Shown: positions 11,151 through 25,130 of the stretch, one piece after another | Position numbering within the stretch: the first letter of the stretch is position 1 | Layout of the letters: the number at the start of each line of letters is the position of its first letter | Source of the DNA: Orbicella franksi | Taxonomy: Eukaryota | Assembly: GCA_964199315.1 (NCBI GenBank) | Contig: OZ116712.1 | Span: 7,316,001 to 7,380,000 of the forward strand | Direction: 5' to 3' | DNA length: 64,000 nucleotides | The notes under the pieces: model-generated | Told to the model about the DNA's origin: nothing | What the model saw: only the letters and a program-made list of their open reading frames with translations | The model's database searches: none | Translations under genes and position numbers: made by a program

Positions 11151-14100
11151 TGTCTGTGAATTCATATCTAATGGTACTCTTCTCAGTGTTAAAGAAATAT
11201 AGAACTAGAATTCCTGTCTTCAAACTTAGGGAAAGAAGAATGATTCTTGTCTGGCTAAGACAAAACTCTAAACTCCCTGAAAGGTCGTCATGGGTAAAGC
11301 AAAATAAAGGTCATGAATCTCTGCTGCTAGGGAGAATTTAAACTGTAGTGGTTCAACAAATTTAATCATATCATTTTCTTCATTGCTGCGATTTAATCAT
11401 TTCCTTAGTTTTCTTAAGTTCTCTTCTAAAGAAAAGTTGAAGAAGAAGGGCGTGGTACATACGAATATAAGAATCTCTTTATTTCCTCAAAAAGGCTACA
11501 AAGATGGGGGATGTTTGTAGGGGCATTTCACTGTAAGTGCTGGGTAGAAGTGATAAAACAACGCGATACTTTTTTGAAAGGCATGTAAGACAAACCTTGC
11601 TTGAGGCATTGTTTACACTGCTTGACAAATCTGAGTTCTGTTAGTTCACTCCTGGTAGGTCAGTCGAGCGTTGGCTTGGGTGTGGGAGGGGGAAGTATAT
11701 TTCGAAAGTCCAGAGTAAAGTTAATTTCCCGGTCTGTCAGCGTGAATCCAATGGTTACTACGGGAACACAGAATCCTCGAAGTAAGTTTCTTTTCTTTGG
11801 CTCTAAAGAGGCCTGATATGGTGATGTTTATTCAGCAATAAACATGTCAAAAATGACTTGAAATTTCTTTCTACAGACGCAGTGGAATAAATAGTAGGTC
11901 AATATTATGCATAATGTTAACTCCTTGGGAGAATTTGGTTTATCAACACATTTACTTCATGAGGTACTTTTAAAAGCTTGAGATGAATTCAAGCTGTAGT
12001 GAAGTCTCCCTAAATTGAGTCAATTATACTTAGCTAAGAAATCAGCTTAGTTCATCTACCAGATCATGACTTATATATTGAACTCTTCCAACTTCTAATT
12101 CCGTGGGTGATGTCATAAATTGAATTTAATGAAGTCCTATTGAGCTGGACGTTCTAGCGGCGTTCTTCGCGTTTCAATTTTACCTAACCTGAAATTGCAA
12201 CTGATTTGTCAGATTTGAACTCTTTATAGGTCTGGTTAATGATTCGCTTAGAATTAATTATCAGTACAGGGTTAAAGGAGCTAACGCTTTTATCTGGATG
12301 TTCAAGCAGCTACATTAAGTCTTTATCAGCAATGTCTTTTAGTTATTAGAAATTTGTGGCTTCTGGTATATACCGGCAAGGCGGAATACAATTGAAACTA
12401 GGTTCTTTTCTCCTTTGTAGCTTCGCCTTCGTTGAGTAGAATTATCAGATATTCGACATCATTCGTAGTTTTCAAGAAACAAAACAAAAGAAATCTTGTG
12501 CCTAAACGGTTTAAGTACTCCATGCTATTCAACTTTACCTTTTAAATATCCTGTAGGTTCGGTAATCCCTCAATAATATTTCATTAAACACGATATTTTC
12601 TGTCATAACTTTTGCTATCTCTTTGTTTCCTTTGTCTGTCCCAACAATTAAACATGTCTGGCAGTAAAAAAGATTTTGCTTTTTATAAGTTCCGAACTTT
12701 TTGAAATAGCCGCTGCTGGCGCCAGATAAGACTAAGATAAGAAACTTAGAGTGGTTTTAATTTGGGCTTTCGTCGCTTTCAAATCTTAAGACTGCTGTTG
12801 CAGTTCGTTTGGCGAGTTTTTAATCTTTTAAAGTGGAGACGATTTCTGAAGGGCTCTGAAATCAGTAAATAATAAGCTTACAAGAAATAACGGAGTAGCC
12901 GTTGTTTATGGCCACCAAAGTTTAAACTTTAACACCTGTGGTGGTGAAATCGTGTGTACACATGCCCAGAGTGATAACTGTTATGGAGCGTTGATGTATG
13001 TGTATGCCGTTTAGGGGCGCAGTTGTCAAATTGCAAAGCATTAAACATCCAAGACATTTTACATATTCTTTATGTATTTTTATTTCAATCGGTTGATATA
13101 TTGTTGATATTTCGCTTACTGGTTCGCAGGCAAATTTTCTCGCCGACTCCCTTTAAATTTAACTCTTTATTTTCTGTGAATAATTTTGCTCTCGGAAGTC
13201 TGTAAGTAACTTTATCAATGTTTCTTTTTTAATAACACACTTTTAGCTTCTAATTAATCTGAAGTATTTACCTTTATCTTATCAGTCTCAAGCGGAATTA
13301 TCAAATAAGCAGCTTAAGTACCTTGTTCGAGAAGATTAAACGTTTGTTCTAGCCGTAAAGGTTCACTTTTGGGTTGCTGAACAATCTAATAGAAGTCTTT
13401 ATCCTATAAACATAATTTACTGGTTCTGGGTTTTGGCCGTAAGTTTTATCTCCTTTCTAATTAACTTAACATGAGTTTTCGGCTGTGAACTACATTGATC
13501 TGAAGCTATGGACAACTAAAGTCAGTCACTATTGAACACCTTGACACAATAAACTCTATTCCCAACAAATGTTTTCAGATGCAACAATTTTAAAACAAAT
13601 GTCAGGGATTTCCTTTTTTCCACTGAATGGGCGCCTACTTAACATACATATAAACATATATCCAGACTTATGCTCACTTCTCTACTCAGTACATGTCACT
13701 AAATTTTCGTTTGCAGTGGTTAGCCCCGCCGTTACACCCACAACTAGGATGCAAAACCTTAGACCAATTTTGTTGTATACAGCTGTGAAAGAGATGCTTT
13801 GTGATAAGTTTTTGAATTGTCGGTTGATATATCCCTTGTAGATGGCTTATAACTAATAGACCGTGTGGTAAAAGATAAAGGAGCCTTTTCAGATGAACTG
13901 CGGAACACTTGTATTTTCTGAAACATCAAATAAACCGTTAACGTGACAAAAATTGGATACTTGTCAGCTCCAATTATCTTGATTTACCTTGAGTTGAGTT
14001 CTTCGTTCAAGGCTGCACGAAACGTACGCCTTTAAATAAATGTCAATCATAGAAAACGTTGGAAAACCGTTTGCAAAAAGTCCTCAAATACCACCAAGGC

Positions 14101-16676
14101 TTTTTTTCTTGGTCGTTTCTGTTGCTTTTGCATCACGTGGTTACATGGCATTTTAGAGGACCAAATACAGACGCTCGACCGCTAAAAGGCTTTTCAAGTA
14201 TTGCCCTTGACATGTTGTGATCAAAACAAGTTCTAAACGTATTTTGGCTCCACTTCGTCACCCTTGACAAATATGTGAAGTGGATCCTAAGCCTGAACAA
14301 TAAGGGAGCGCTCCGTAACAGTCTTGTGTTTTATTCTGCAGTTGAATCATTGCAAATAGCAATGGTTTTAGTAGTCTTGCGCGCAAAAAATTACCGAATC
14401 CTGGATTCGTGATGGCGCCGTGAAATAAATGATGCCAAGTGGATGATTGCATGTGTTCAATGTTTCATGACCTCTTTGAAGTGTGTCATGTGATTCTGTT
14501 GTAGCCAAGTCGCTGAGGCATAATATCAATGAGAAATGCATTGAAACTGTCAACCCATAAAACTTCAAAACTTCAAGTCGCGGTGGTCGCGGCATTTTGT
14601 ACTAAAAAACAATGGTTAATTGCTCCCCGTCTCTCTTTCTTATGTTTATTCTTTCAACTGTTCCTGATGCAATGCGTTGCATTGTCTTGCAAGCTAGATA
14701 ATATCAATTCTACTCCTTGTTGCAATTATTTTTACCAGCAAGTTATATTGATATCAAAAGGCTAAATATATGTTTCTTTAGTTTTGCTTACTCACTCTTG
14801 TTTACAGGTTTTGTTTTTAAATAGAAGGTTTCGTCAAGGAATAAATATCGGCTTCGGGCGATTAAGTGTTCTCGAGTATACTTTTATCGCTTGTACGTCA
14901 TAGATACCCTGCTCGTGAGAACTGGGCCACTTCCGTGAGCTCTCACAGGAACTGTGGCGCGGTATTAAGTACCGCGGTAGGGTCAACATCACTTGATTGC
15001 AAAATTTTCGTGATCATAGCCTAGGTTCCTCGCGAAGGTTCCGGGCGGGCCAAGCTTTATTTTGTCAATAAAACTTTAATTGAGGTTAGAGCAGTGCACA
15101 TATTGAACTGAACTTTCCGGTTTTGGAGAAGCTTGCGTGCATTCTTTTGTAGATATAATTTTGAACTGCCTGGCTATTTTATTCCATTTTTTTTTTTCTC
15201 GTGAAATATATTTGTCTTTTGGATGAGAGCAAAAAGAGGCCCAAATATTGGTACAAGGACGAGATGCTTAGTGGCGTTTGTTTTGAAGTTCACCTTTTAC
15301 CTTGATCATTATGCTGACCTCGATTAATTTTTAGAGGAAAGATGCACCTTAAGCCTGTGAAAGCAGACGTTTTTCCTCCAATTCTTTGCCTTAAAGATTC
15401 GGCGATTAAACCGGCTTCTTTTGAAGGCTGGACTGATTACAACCGGTAGAACTGAAGGCGTTTTTTGGATTTGCCGACTTCTCGAGGGTAATGTCAACTA
15501 TAACTAAATCGTCATTTTTATAAATAATTTTAAGAGGTGACGTCAATTTTCGTTTCAGTCCTATTTGATCAAAACCTTTCTTTGAAAAAATGGAAAACTC
15601 CCGGGTTTTCTCCTTGATTCACTAACGCTAGTAAGACTACTGATCAAGAAATCATATTTCCGGTAAATTCGGGCTGATTTCAAGGTGTTCCTAGACAGTT
15701 CAAACTTGTAAATTAGAGAACAAATTATGTCCTTTAAAAGAGTCAAAAACGAGCCACAAATTGCGATATTTCGTTTGAAAGAAACATGCTATAATATGTA
15801 CAGCATGAAGTGTATTACCAAGCAATTTGTTCTCCACGTCATGGCTAAATTTGTGATCCTAATATTTTGTAAAAATATTGCTCCCCCTCTCTCACTTTCA
15901 TATAAATAGTGTTTGCTTGTTCTGCGTTCTTTTAGTTTTTCTGCCATTATAGTATATTTAGGAGCTATTCAAATAACCAAATCCATTCAGTTTCAGTACC
16001 GCGGAATTCACTTTTCAAGGCACTTTACCCTTTTTTATTCTAAGCTTAGAAGTAGGATTTACTTCGTGCTGTTTCGCTCATTTCTTAGTTATTTTTTTAT
16101 TTTATTTTGTGTTTCCTTTTTGTGCATACCCATCGCAGGCCTCTTACGAAAAAGAACCAGTTTCTTAGTCCCTGTTAGAAACGGTGTTTAAAAGCAGTGA
16201 CAGGTAACGCTATGAAATGCCCGTATTGAAATGATCCATTCGTTTTAGCAGCGATACAGCGCCCTTTTCTGAAAGAGAACGCGTTATAACAGAAAACCTC
16301 TCGACCTTGAGAGAAAAACAACCAGGTCGGTGACGTATAAGTTAGCGTGCGATATGTACGATATTGACCGACTGCGCGCTCCTTCCCACGCCATTTAACT
16401 TCAGTCATTCTTAGACAACATCATTGTGTGTCAAGATACTGCGGAGCCCGAGCGATATTATCGCAGTCATGATATTATCTTAAGAACTTCAAGCAATAGA
16501 TCATCGTTACCGTCATCGTAATCTCCAAACAATCAGTTCTTAAACAACAAGTGCAGTTGTTCCTCTCAAGCGATCTGGTTTGCATGGCCCTTTGAAAGGG
16601 AAGTCCATGTTGAATCAATATCAGCCGTATCGTAACCCACCCTCTACCGCCTAATTTAAGAAGATATTTCCGTTCA

Positions 16677-17180
16677 TATAAAAGGCCTGCTTTCTCAGTC
16701 ACAAACTATTTGTGTTTAAAACAGCTGTTGGTTCGTTAGTGCCTCAGTCTATACAAACGGACAGCTAAGTTCATTTGGTCTTCTGGTTTTTCCTACGACT
16801 GGTATTCGCTTCTGGCAGTCGAGCTTCGTCTTCTTTTCCGTGAGTATAAACCTTTAATATTGAAAGTTTATTGCAATAGCTTATCGCTTCGATCGACCAA
16901 CGAATTTTCTCTGATGTATCAGTGTAAGAAAAAAAAAACGCAAATATCTACAAAGGTCCGATTGCAGAGTAATCTCAGTTTATCTTTCCAGAATGTTCGT
17001 GTTGCGCGTGCCGAATAGCTGAGAAACATCCTATCATTGCCCGACATGGTAGCAATATTTGCTAGCAAATATGGTAGAGATATTCGCTTTGTCTTCTAAG
17101 ATTCTTAGGCTTATCTTAGTTGATGTGCGTTTTTTGATTCCAATTATCGTCCGTTGTTTGCTTTGGCGAAAACACTGCAG
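16677..17180 (+). ncRNA. Candidate TATA-driven spliced non-coding transcript upstream of Six3/6 (exon ~16708-16839; next exon from 16992)
   Basis: TATAAAA at 16677; Inr-like CTATTT with A at 16708 (31 nt downstream); donor CC|GTGAGT at 16840; acceptor tttatctttccag| at 16991; possible donor CAG|GTTAGA at 17181; no long ORF. Signal-based inference only. Confidence 0.35.
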
Positions 17181-20100
17181 GTTAGATCGGCTCGAACGGC
17201 TTGAAGATGCCAGTTCTTATTCCGACTGCAATATGCCCTCTCTTTCTCAATACACAGTATTGATTTAGCTGATGGAAAATCGCTTATTTTATTGATTAAG
17301 TACGTTGCAGACGTCTTTGTGTTCGGATGTATGGCCGGTATTATTAACTATTTTCTATTTATCACCCTTCTTTACGTCTTTCACATTCTAAGAATAACCT
17401 AACGTGGAAGGGAAAACACGGATAAAAAGAAATTCTTGTCAATTAAAATGAAACAGCCATCAACTTCAGTATGTAAGAACTTAAGGACTTTAATTTTCTT
17501 GCACAAAATGTTAATCACCTGTGTTTTTAAGTTAATTATACGGGATCATTTTCCTTTTGAAACGCACGTGGGTTATCTAGGTTCCTTAGAGTCAAAGAAG
17601 CCAATCTGGTTTTTAAAATAAACATTTCTTTTCTTGAGTTAGCACAAAGAAAATCCAGCCAAAAGTGATAGGAGCGAGCGATTTCTTTCTGCTGCAGTTT
17701 CGTTCTCAGAATTCAAGAATAGTGCAAACGGAGTCGAGATCATATATATTTAATAGCGTAGCTTTTAGCACAATAAGTATTAGCTTTTAAGTTAGAGCCG
17801 ACCCTGCTGGTTTCTCATGAAATCAAGTCCACTGAACAAGTATATTAAACTCTAAACCGCAATTATTCAAATGACTCCCGATGACGAACAACGAAAACCA
17901 CTTTTTAAGTGTTTTCCTTGTCCAAGTTTTACACCCGCGGAGTCATGTAATCATTTCCATTTTTGAACTTTTGATTTGAATTTCCTTGCCTTTGTCTCGA
18001 CCTGTTAATCTCGCTCTCGCTTTCTGTGGCGTGGAGATTCCGTTATACATAACGGCCTGGTATATATGGCTGGTCTTCAATTTCCATTCCATTTGCCGCA
18101 CCCTAATGCAATAACATTACTTATTTTTCTCATTAAACTTTAGACTCTTTCATAATACTGCCAGGACCACTTAAATTATAATCTGTCTTGCACGGAACCA
18201 AAATACGAATATGTGAATTTATTGTAAAGTAATGAAACAAATTGTGCGAGATTACTTTCACTAGCATGGGGCAAGGCATGAGTTTGACTACTTTAAGCAA
18301 TTTACCACCCATGTGGCCTAACCGAGCAGAAATGTCGATTATTAAAGTCGAATTTTCGTGATTGTCCAAGACGCTGGCTTAAAAAAAGTGTTTTTTTTTT
18401 TTTTGCAAGGTGTACGTTTTGGAGTCGTCAAGAATTTTGACGCTGCCCTGGGCGAAAAATTCGAGCACACGTGTCTTAAGAAATAACGAAGACAAACTAT
18501 AATTGGACGACCCGCGCGCTAAGCGAGCGCTCGGTTTTGTCTAATCTTCCATTCATCAAAGTGAAGACCACGGGAAGTCAATTTTGTAAGATCACGGAAA
18601 CAAAAAGTATCACATTCGTAGTATTATTTCATGTATCATAATAACAAGTCAAAATATAAATACAAGAGAAGGAAATCAGTTTCTCCTTGATATAATTAGT
18701 GGGACTGCATGTCGCGATCACTAACGGGCAACAATTATCTGTTTTTTTGACGTTAATAGCGAGTCACGACTTAGTTAATTGATGTAGCTGGATTTAGAAC
18801 AGGGGTCGTCGTTTTGTGTCTTGGCCTTGGATTGAAGGGAAATGATACTCTTCTTCAGTTTACGATGTTCTAATCACGTAGTTAAATATATCTTCGTGAA
18901 TTAAATGTTATTATGATGTTCTGTACGCCTCCCGCCGAGCCGCCACTAGGCCATAGGATCCTTGATATTAGTTTAATTAATGTTTAACATCGAAACTACG
19001 ATTTTTTAGGGTTTTGTCTTCATCATATGTCTTCGCCAGACTGCGCACGAAACATGGTTGTTTATGTTGAAGGGTCGTACTTTTAAGCCGTCATGGCGAC
19101 TCACATCATGAATAGCCGTTAGCGTGTTAGAACGGTCATTAAAGTTAACCGTCTTGAAGAGATTTATTTTCGGTTGAGTTAATTACTGAGCCGTAGGTCA
19201 CTCGATCACGTAGTTTGACGTTACGTTTTGCGGGAAAACCACCTGGTCGTGGCCACCTTGTGCACCACTCGCCTTCCCTCGAGTTTCACCAGCATCGGTC
19301 ATACCCAGCGTAAAGGACTCTTTTTTGCACCCGGTCTAATACAAACAGCTAGCCGCCAAAGCTGTATTAATGCTCGCGTGTCGCAACATAACGCTATTGG
19401 GCATATCACTTGGTTTCCCGTAGGTGATCTTTGAGCACATAGTCGATGTGGGTCAGATGGAAATACAAATCACATGTTCAGCTTTCCTAAGAAATCTGTT
19501 GATTTAATACTGTGTAAACCTTGTTAAAGCCCTAACGGTCTGTCCTGAGTAATTTGCTATGAAAAATACTTCGCGTGATCGCGCGCTTCGGTGGTGATGC
19601 GTGAAAAAAATTACTTTTATTTGTTGTGGGAGAACTGTTTCTATTAGTATCATTAATAGACTGGAGTCATCGATAAGGCTATTTATCTTCCTAAGGACTG
19701 TCCTCACGTAAAGAAAACGTTTATACATTCACTATCGTCACAGACATGATAGCTTCCGATAAGGCACCATCTTGTGAAATAGACGAGGAATATGCCTCTT
19801 TCTGTCAAAACAAAGTCGTTTTTAGATCAATCTTTGACCACGCTGTGAGAGTATTTCGCCAGCTTAAAAATAGTCTAAAGTTAATGAGATTCTTCACCAC
19901 TCTATAATTACCGAATTTTTTTTTAGCTTAGACGTTTTCAAGAATGTCAGAATGAGGCCGTACCCGCAAGGAAATTGAAGAACGAATGGCAAGCAATTCA
20001 CTAATTCGTTCTTGATTTGCCCAGCGCGTTCTCAGTCGTGCATGTGTACTCTTATCGTAGTCAAGTCTTTACGGCAATTTAGCTAATCCCGTTGAAATGC

Positions 20101-22827
20101 TTGTAACGGCTTAAAAGAAGGAGAAATTTGGTTGATAATACAGTGGGCGTATCGATTCTTAAATGTTAATTCAAACAAGCCCATTGGCACACCGGCTCGA
20201 GTCATTAGTACCAGCTATGACATTTGATTTAAAAGGGTCCCTTATTGTTCTTTATTGGAGTATATTACTGCTCCCAGTGGGATACAGCGTGCAAATGGGA
20301 AAGCTTCTAGATACGATGGATGCTTAACAACATTAAACCTTTTGTTGTTTAACATTACGGGCCATTGTCCCCGTACAAAGGGCTTGATAAGCTGAAGGGC
20401 TGATTGAATTGCATAATCCTCTGGCTGAATAGCAAGCGGAGCTCTATTATGTCCTATCATTTACATATGACAGTAAAAGCAATTAGGAGCGTAACAAGTG
20501 GTAGTTAGTTGTAATAGAACGGCTTGATATTGTGTTCGATATTTTGTCTAATTCCCAGTCTGTTTGTATAGTCATTGTTTAGAAGCAAACCCCCCGAGCT
20601 GGGGCTTTTATCTCCAGGTAGCATAGCACGCCCAAAAAACATTTGCCTATTGTTAGCGACTGAGTAAAGTGAACGGCTCGCAAGTTAATCAGCAAACGTT
20701 ATCTGAAACGATACTCTGCCACTACTGCCGTTCAGAGGTTCTCGAGAGTGAAATAGATCCCATATCAGGCGAGGTAAGCAAATGGTCTGGTGTTCTGACG
20801 CCAGCACATTTTTCTAGATTCCACGCTATGTAGGTAAGAACATAGCGAAAGTAAACGTAACCGCGTGGCTGCTTCATCGGTTTTGAGTACAAACAAAGAC
20901 TTACTTGAAATAGTTGGCCAAACATTAGGCTATCGGGTCAAGCACCTAAACATACAGCCTCGATGCTTCGTGTTGTTTCGCTTCGCCTCTAGTGCTGTTG
21001 CGTACACGTTGGATTAGAGAGCATTTACACTCCGGACATTTCCATCTCGAAGCCAAGAAGGATAAATCCACAGTGCTAAGTGAAATCGGAAGTCGATTAA
21101 CTGAAAAGTATGTAAACATGGGAACATTTAGAAGTCTCAAGCAAACAAGTCAACCACATTTTTCGCAGAAGTTGTCGCAGGAAATGCAAGCTCGAAAGAT
21201 ATTTCTAGCGATGTCGTAAAGTCATGCATTAGGATTAGTTAAATGCCAGCTGATCAGTTTGAGAATTTTGTGAACACTTTTGGACAAAGCTTCCCCGCCC
21301 CCAGCTGATTCGTGCTTTATTTTACGGTCGAAAATTCTGTCAAGGTCGTCACAGAGTATTTGTTAGTTTTTGCTCCTCGATCCGAGTCGGTCTGCTGTAG
21401 TTGTCGCCTGAGACAAATGGCGATTTTGCATTTTGTCGAGGGCTTTGTAAATGTCGTCACATTTTTTTCGATTCACCTTGCTCAATATAGTTCACCTTCT
21501 TCACTAGATTGTTCAGTGATTCGCGTTTGGTATTTCGATTAATTTCGGGAAAAAATGTTTCTCATGCTCAGTTTGCTTTTCAACTTGGCGCAGACGGTTA
21601 CCAATTACAGATTTCCACGGCTTTTCTTTCGTGTGGTTACCTTAGTTTCAAGGTACATCTTTATTGGCATGCTGTTCGAGAATTGTCTTTCGTGTTAAGA
21701 TCACTTCAGGTCGGCATCCCTGACGTTTTTCCGCTATCAGAACGCGTGAAACCCTTCCTCGGTGTGAGACACGATCTATCTGTTCCATTACTTCGTCGTT
21801 CAATTTGGACATTAAACAATTGACTTTTGGCCTCAATATGTTCTCTTTCAGAAGCCAAACTCCAATTTAAAAACACTGCCATGAATGATTTATGAAAGCG
21901 GAAAACAACACAACAGTATGCGTTTTGAAAATTTGCTTGTTAGCGGTGGCGTTGTACTGAATGTTTTCCATGTACATGATTTGTTCATTCTCTGCAATAA
22001 GTTTTGACTTTCGTTATAGCTTATTTGAGTTTCGGCATCACCTATGTATCTTTTTAATTACTTTCCACATAACAAGAGCAAGCGAATTGCCAGATGGAGA
22101 AACATTGTTTTATCATCTAAACGTCTTAGTAATGTTGATGGCGTTGAATGAATGTGCCGTTCATTTGTATGTGATTATAATTGAAAAAAAAGAAAGTTGT
22201 GATTCATTTAAATCATTTTCATTACTGTTTGATGTGCTTTGGCGCTTTGGCAGGAACAAATTATGATTTTCTTTTAAGGTCTGCGCCTTCATGATCTCTG
22301 CACAAACACGTGAATTTCGAATGATTTTTGTTGCATTTTGACCAAATCAACTGCAATTCTCTTGAATGTTTTTGCCTGCTCTAATCATTACAATTGCCAA
22401 CTGAAAGAAATACGAAGCCAAGTTTTAGTTGTTTTTTTTTCGCTCGAAAGTTCTATTTCGGTTGAGAACAACATTTCCATGTGAGCCGAATGATTGAGTG
22501 AGTGGTGTGGTTTCGTGGATCACTGAGCGCTCAGGGGCTCCTGTTCTGTGCGTTTATTTGTAGTTTTCTGTCAATATTTTATCAAATGGTTTTAGTATCT
22601 AAACCCCTATTCAGGTCGTTTATAACACGCGTTCTTGTCATACCCATCTTGGGCTATGACCGCGTGAGAAGAAGTGCCAAACTCTCGGCTAGTGTCGATA
22701 CTCACAACGGAACAAAGTCCGCTGTTGTATTTGCAATACTTTAGATCGATAAATTCGATCCGCTAGACAAAAGTTGGCAGTATAGTTATACCGGGAAATC
22801 CAACACCGAATCGAATATCGTGAAAGG

Positions 22828-22970
22828 CCAATCACGCACTAAAAACCGAATCGCCTTTTTGGTGGAGTGGATGGCGCACGTATGCAAATATGGCGTTCAT
22901 CTCGTGTGGGTTGGCTGTCGCAATTAATTACTTTTCATTCGCAGATGACACATTTGGCAAATCATTAGTG
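22828..22970. promoter_or_regulatory. Candidate enhancer: cluster of CCAAT, octamer and homeodomain motifs
   Basis: CCAAT 22828, ATGCAAAT 22882-22889, AATTAATT 22922-22929, TGACA motifs; about 2.2 kb upstream of the Six3/6 ATG in repeat-free DNA. Confidence 0.35.
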
Positions 22971-24910
22971 ACAATAATAAGGTGTTTATACTTTTAGGTC
23001 TGTTATTCGGTGAACCTAGAACTCTTCGTTATTTAAGTGACATTAGGACGACCCTGAATGCCAACGAGATAATCCTTGCGTGAGAGAAGCGTACTTTTTG
23101 GGGCAATTTTTTTTCCCGAGCTTGTTTACATAGACATAAAATGGTGTTTTGGCAATCCGGGGAGGTTACACAGCGAGTTCTAAATGGCACGGCGGGTCGG
23201 GCCAATATTTCTTTTCTCAATGAGCAAACAATAAACTGCTTATATTTGCTACCTATATCGAGCAAGGATAAAGCATTTCTCTCTGACGTAGTCAATACAC
23301 GACTTTATAAACTGGGAAACAATGAAACTCAAGAATTTCTTTCACTCTAAGTGAGGTGGTGGCACCAAACAGATAGAGCTCATAAGTCTTGACGCGAAGA
23401 ACGGTTGTCCGCTAATGAGCTTTCGCGTTTTTGTTTTCTTTCTTTGTGCAAATATATCAGAAAGTTAAACTTCGCAAATAAACACAACAATAATAATATG
23501 TTTGGCGACGTCCACTAAAGGGAAACAGATCTCGAACTCGTCAAGAAGAGATGTAAGTTTAAGATTTACTTTATGTATTTTTTTAGTTTCAACAGGCAAT
23601 TTACTTTTAATTCCTTGTTTGCCATGATGCATTTTTAATGTCTAGTCAGATTCACAGCTGTGTACTTGCCCTTGGCGAAGCTGTGCGTCGGGATTTTGAT
23701 TCCTCTTAGCGGGCGCAGCACGTTACCAATTGACAAAATCTCAAACCTGATTTTATTCGGGCACAGCTTAATTTTACGTTAATAGCGTAGGTGACACATT
23801 TTCAAAAACCATTTATCTAGGAACTATCGCTAAACGTGGCCATGTTAACCCGCTGTTCTGAAGCATGAGGAGACCATCTCTTCTGGAGATTATATTTATA
23901 ACGGTGTGAGTGAATGACATGCAGATAAGCTTCGATATCAATACAGTATATTTCTTTACATGAAAAATAATTACTGCACCCAACGAGACGCCAGATTTAG
24001 GCATATTATGGCTCTGTTGATTGAAAAACCCCATGTTTGTGAAGCTATACAAAGTCACCGAAAAAAATCAATGTTCACAACAATCGAGTATTGTCGAGCC
24101 AGAATGTCGCGTTTTACAACAGTGTTTTGTCGTTGTGTACATGTAATGCTGGGGAAAAGCAATTAGGAGTCACTCAATTAGCGAGAGCTTGGCTCGCGGG
24201 AAAACAGAAAGACATTAGGAATAACCGTCTGGATTTCGATCAGTAGTCACAGCGTGCAGATCACGATTTTAGCTAAAGCGACTTGGCCGGAAAGACGGAT
24301 AATGCGAAGTTCATATGTGGAGGCGTGGGCTAACACACACAACCTCCTTATGTATTGTTCGCACGAACTTTGGTTATAATCCATCGAACTCAATACGACA
24401 GATAAACGATCTTGTCACTCAAGGCCCATAACGTTTAAATTTCAATCGGGGGCAAACTTGTATACCTTTTACATTGTTTAGTTTTCGATTATATCAACTA
24501 TTGAAGGTGATGAGTATTGCCATTCTTTGTCGTAGTAAGGGAATTTTGCTAGGTGTTATCAGCCCGCGAATCTCTGTATTCGTCTGACGGTGTGGGACGA
24601 ATCTCTCAGAGCCCATCCCTCAGTAAAGCTTTTTTACGGTGATATGTGATTTTCTGCCCAACATCTGTCAGTGAAAACGATAACGAGAAACTTTACCATA
24701 CAATGGAGGTTCAATTGAGAGGTTCTTTAATAACGCCCACTTCAAGTTAGATTTGACGCAAATTGAAAAGTTTTGGCTTAAAGGAAATTTTCTTGCGGTT
24801 GTTTTTACACTTTAGGCTTCACAACTTGAAGAAGTGTTATGCGATAGCTGTATTTTCTGTCGCATCTGCCCTGAACATTGTTTAGGCCGAGTTAATAACA
24901 CGTTGCGGTA

Positions 24911-25070
24911 ATGATTGACACCGTTGCCATAGCAGGCTTGTAATTAGAGCTTTGCACGCCAATCAGGTAGCTAGAGTTTAACAAACGTAATACTCGATCT
25001 TAGCGATAATATACCCCATGTTTCTAACCCTCTTGATAAATACTGACACTTTACAGAGACTTTACCACAC
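24911..25070 (+). promoter_or_regulatory. Six3/6 proximal promoter (predicted)
   Basis: TGATTGACA at 24912, TAATTA at 24941, CCAAT at 24959, TATA-like GATAAATA at 25035; predicted TSS ~25064, about 65 nt before the ATG. Confidence 0.5.
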
Positions 25071-25130
25071 CCCTGCGTTTAGCCTTAATAGTCGACCAGC
25101 AAGAAGAAGAACCCGTACACAACCGGCGTG

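Noticed and set aside
12000-12700. Possible transposase remnant (LKDIADKDLM-like words, minus strand)
   Set aside because: Multiple stops and no catalytic motif recognised.
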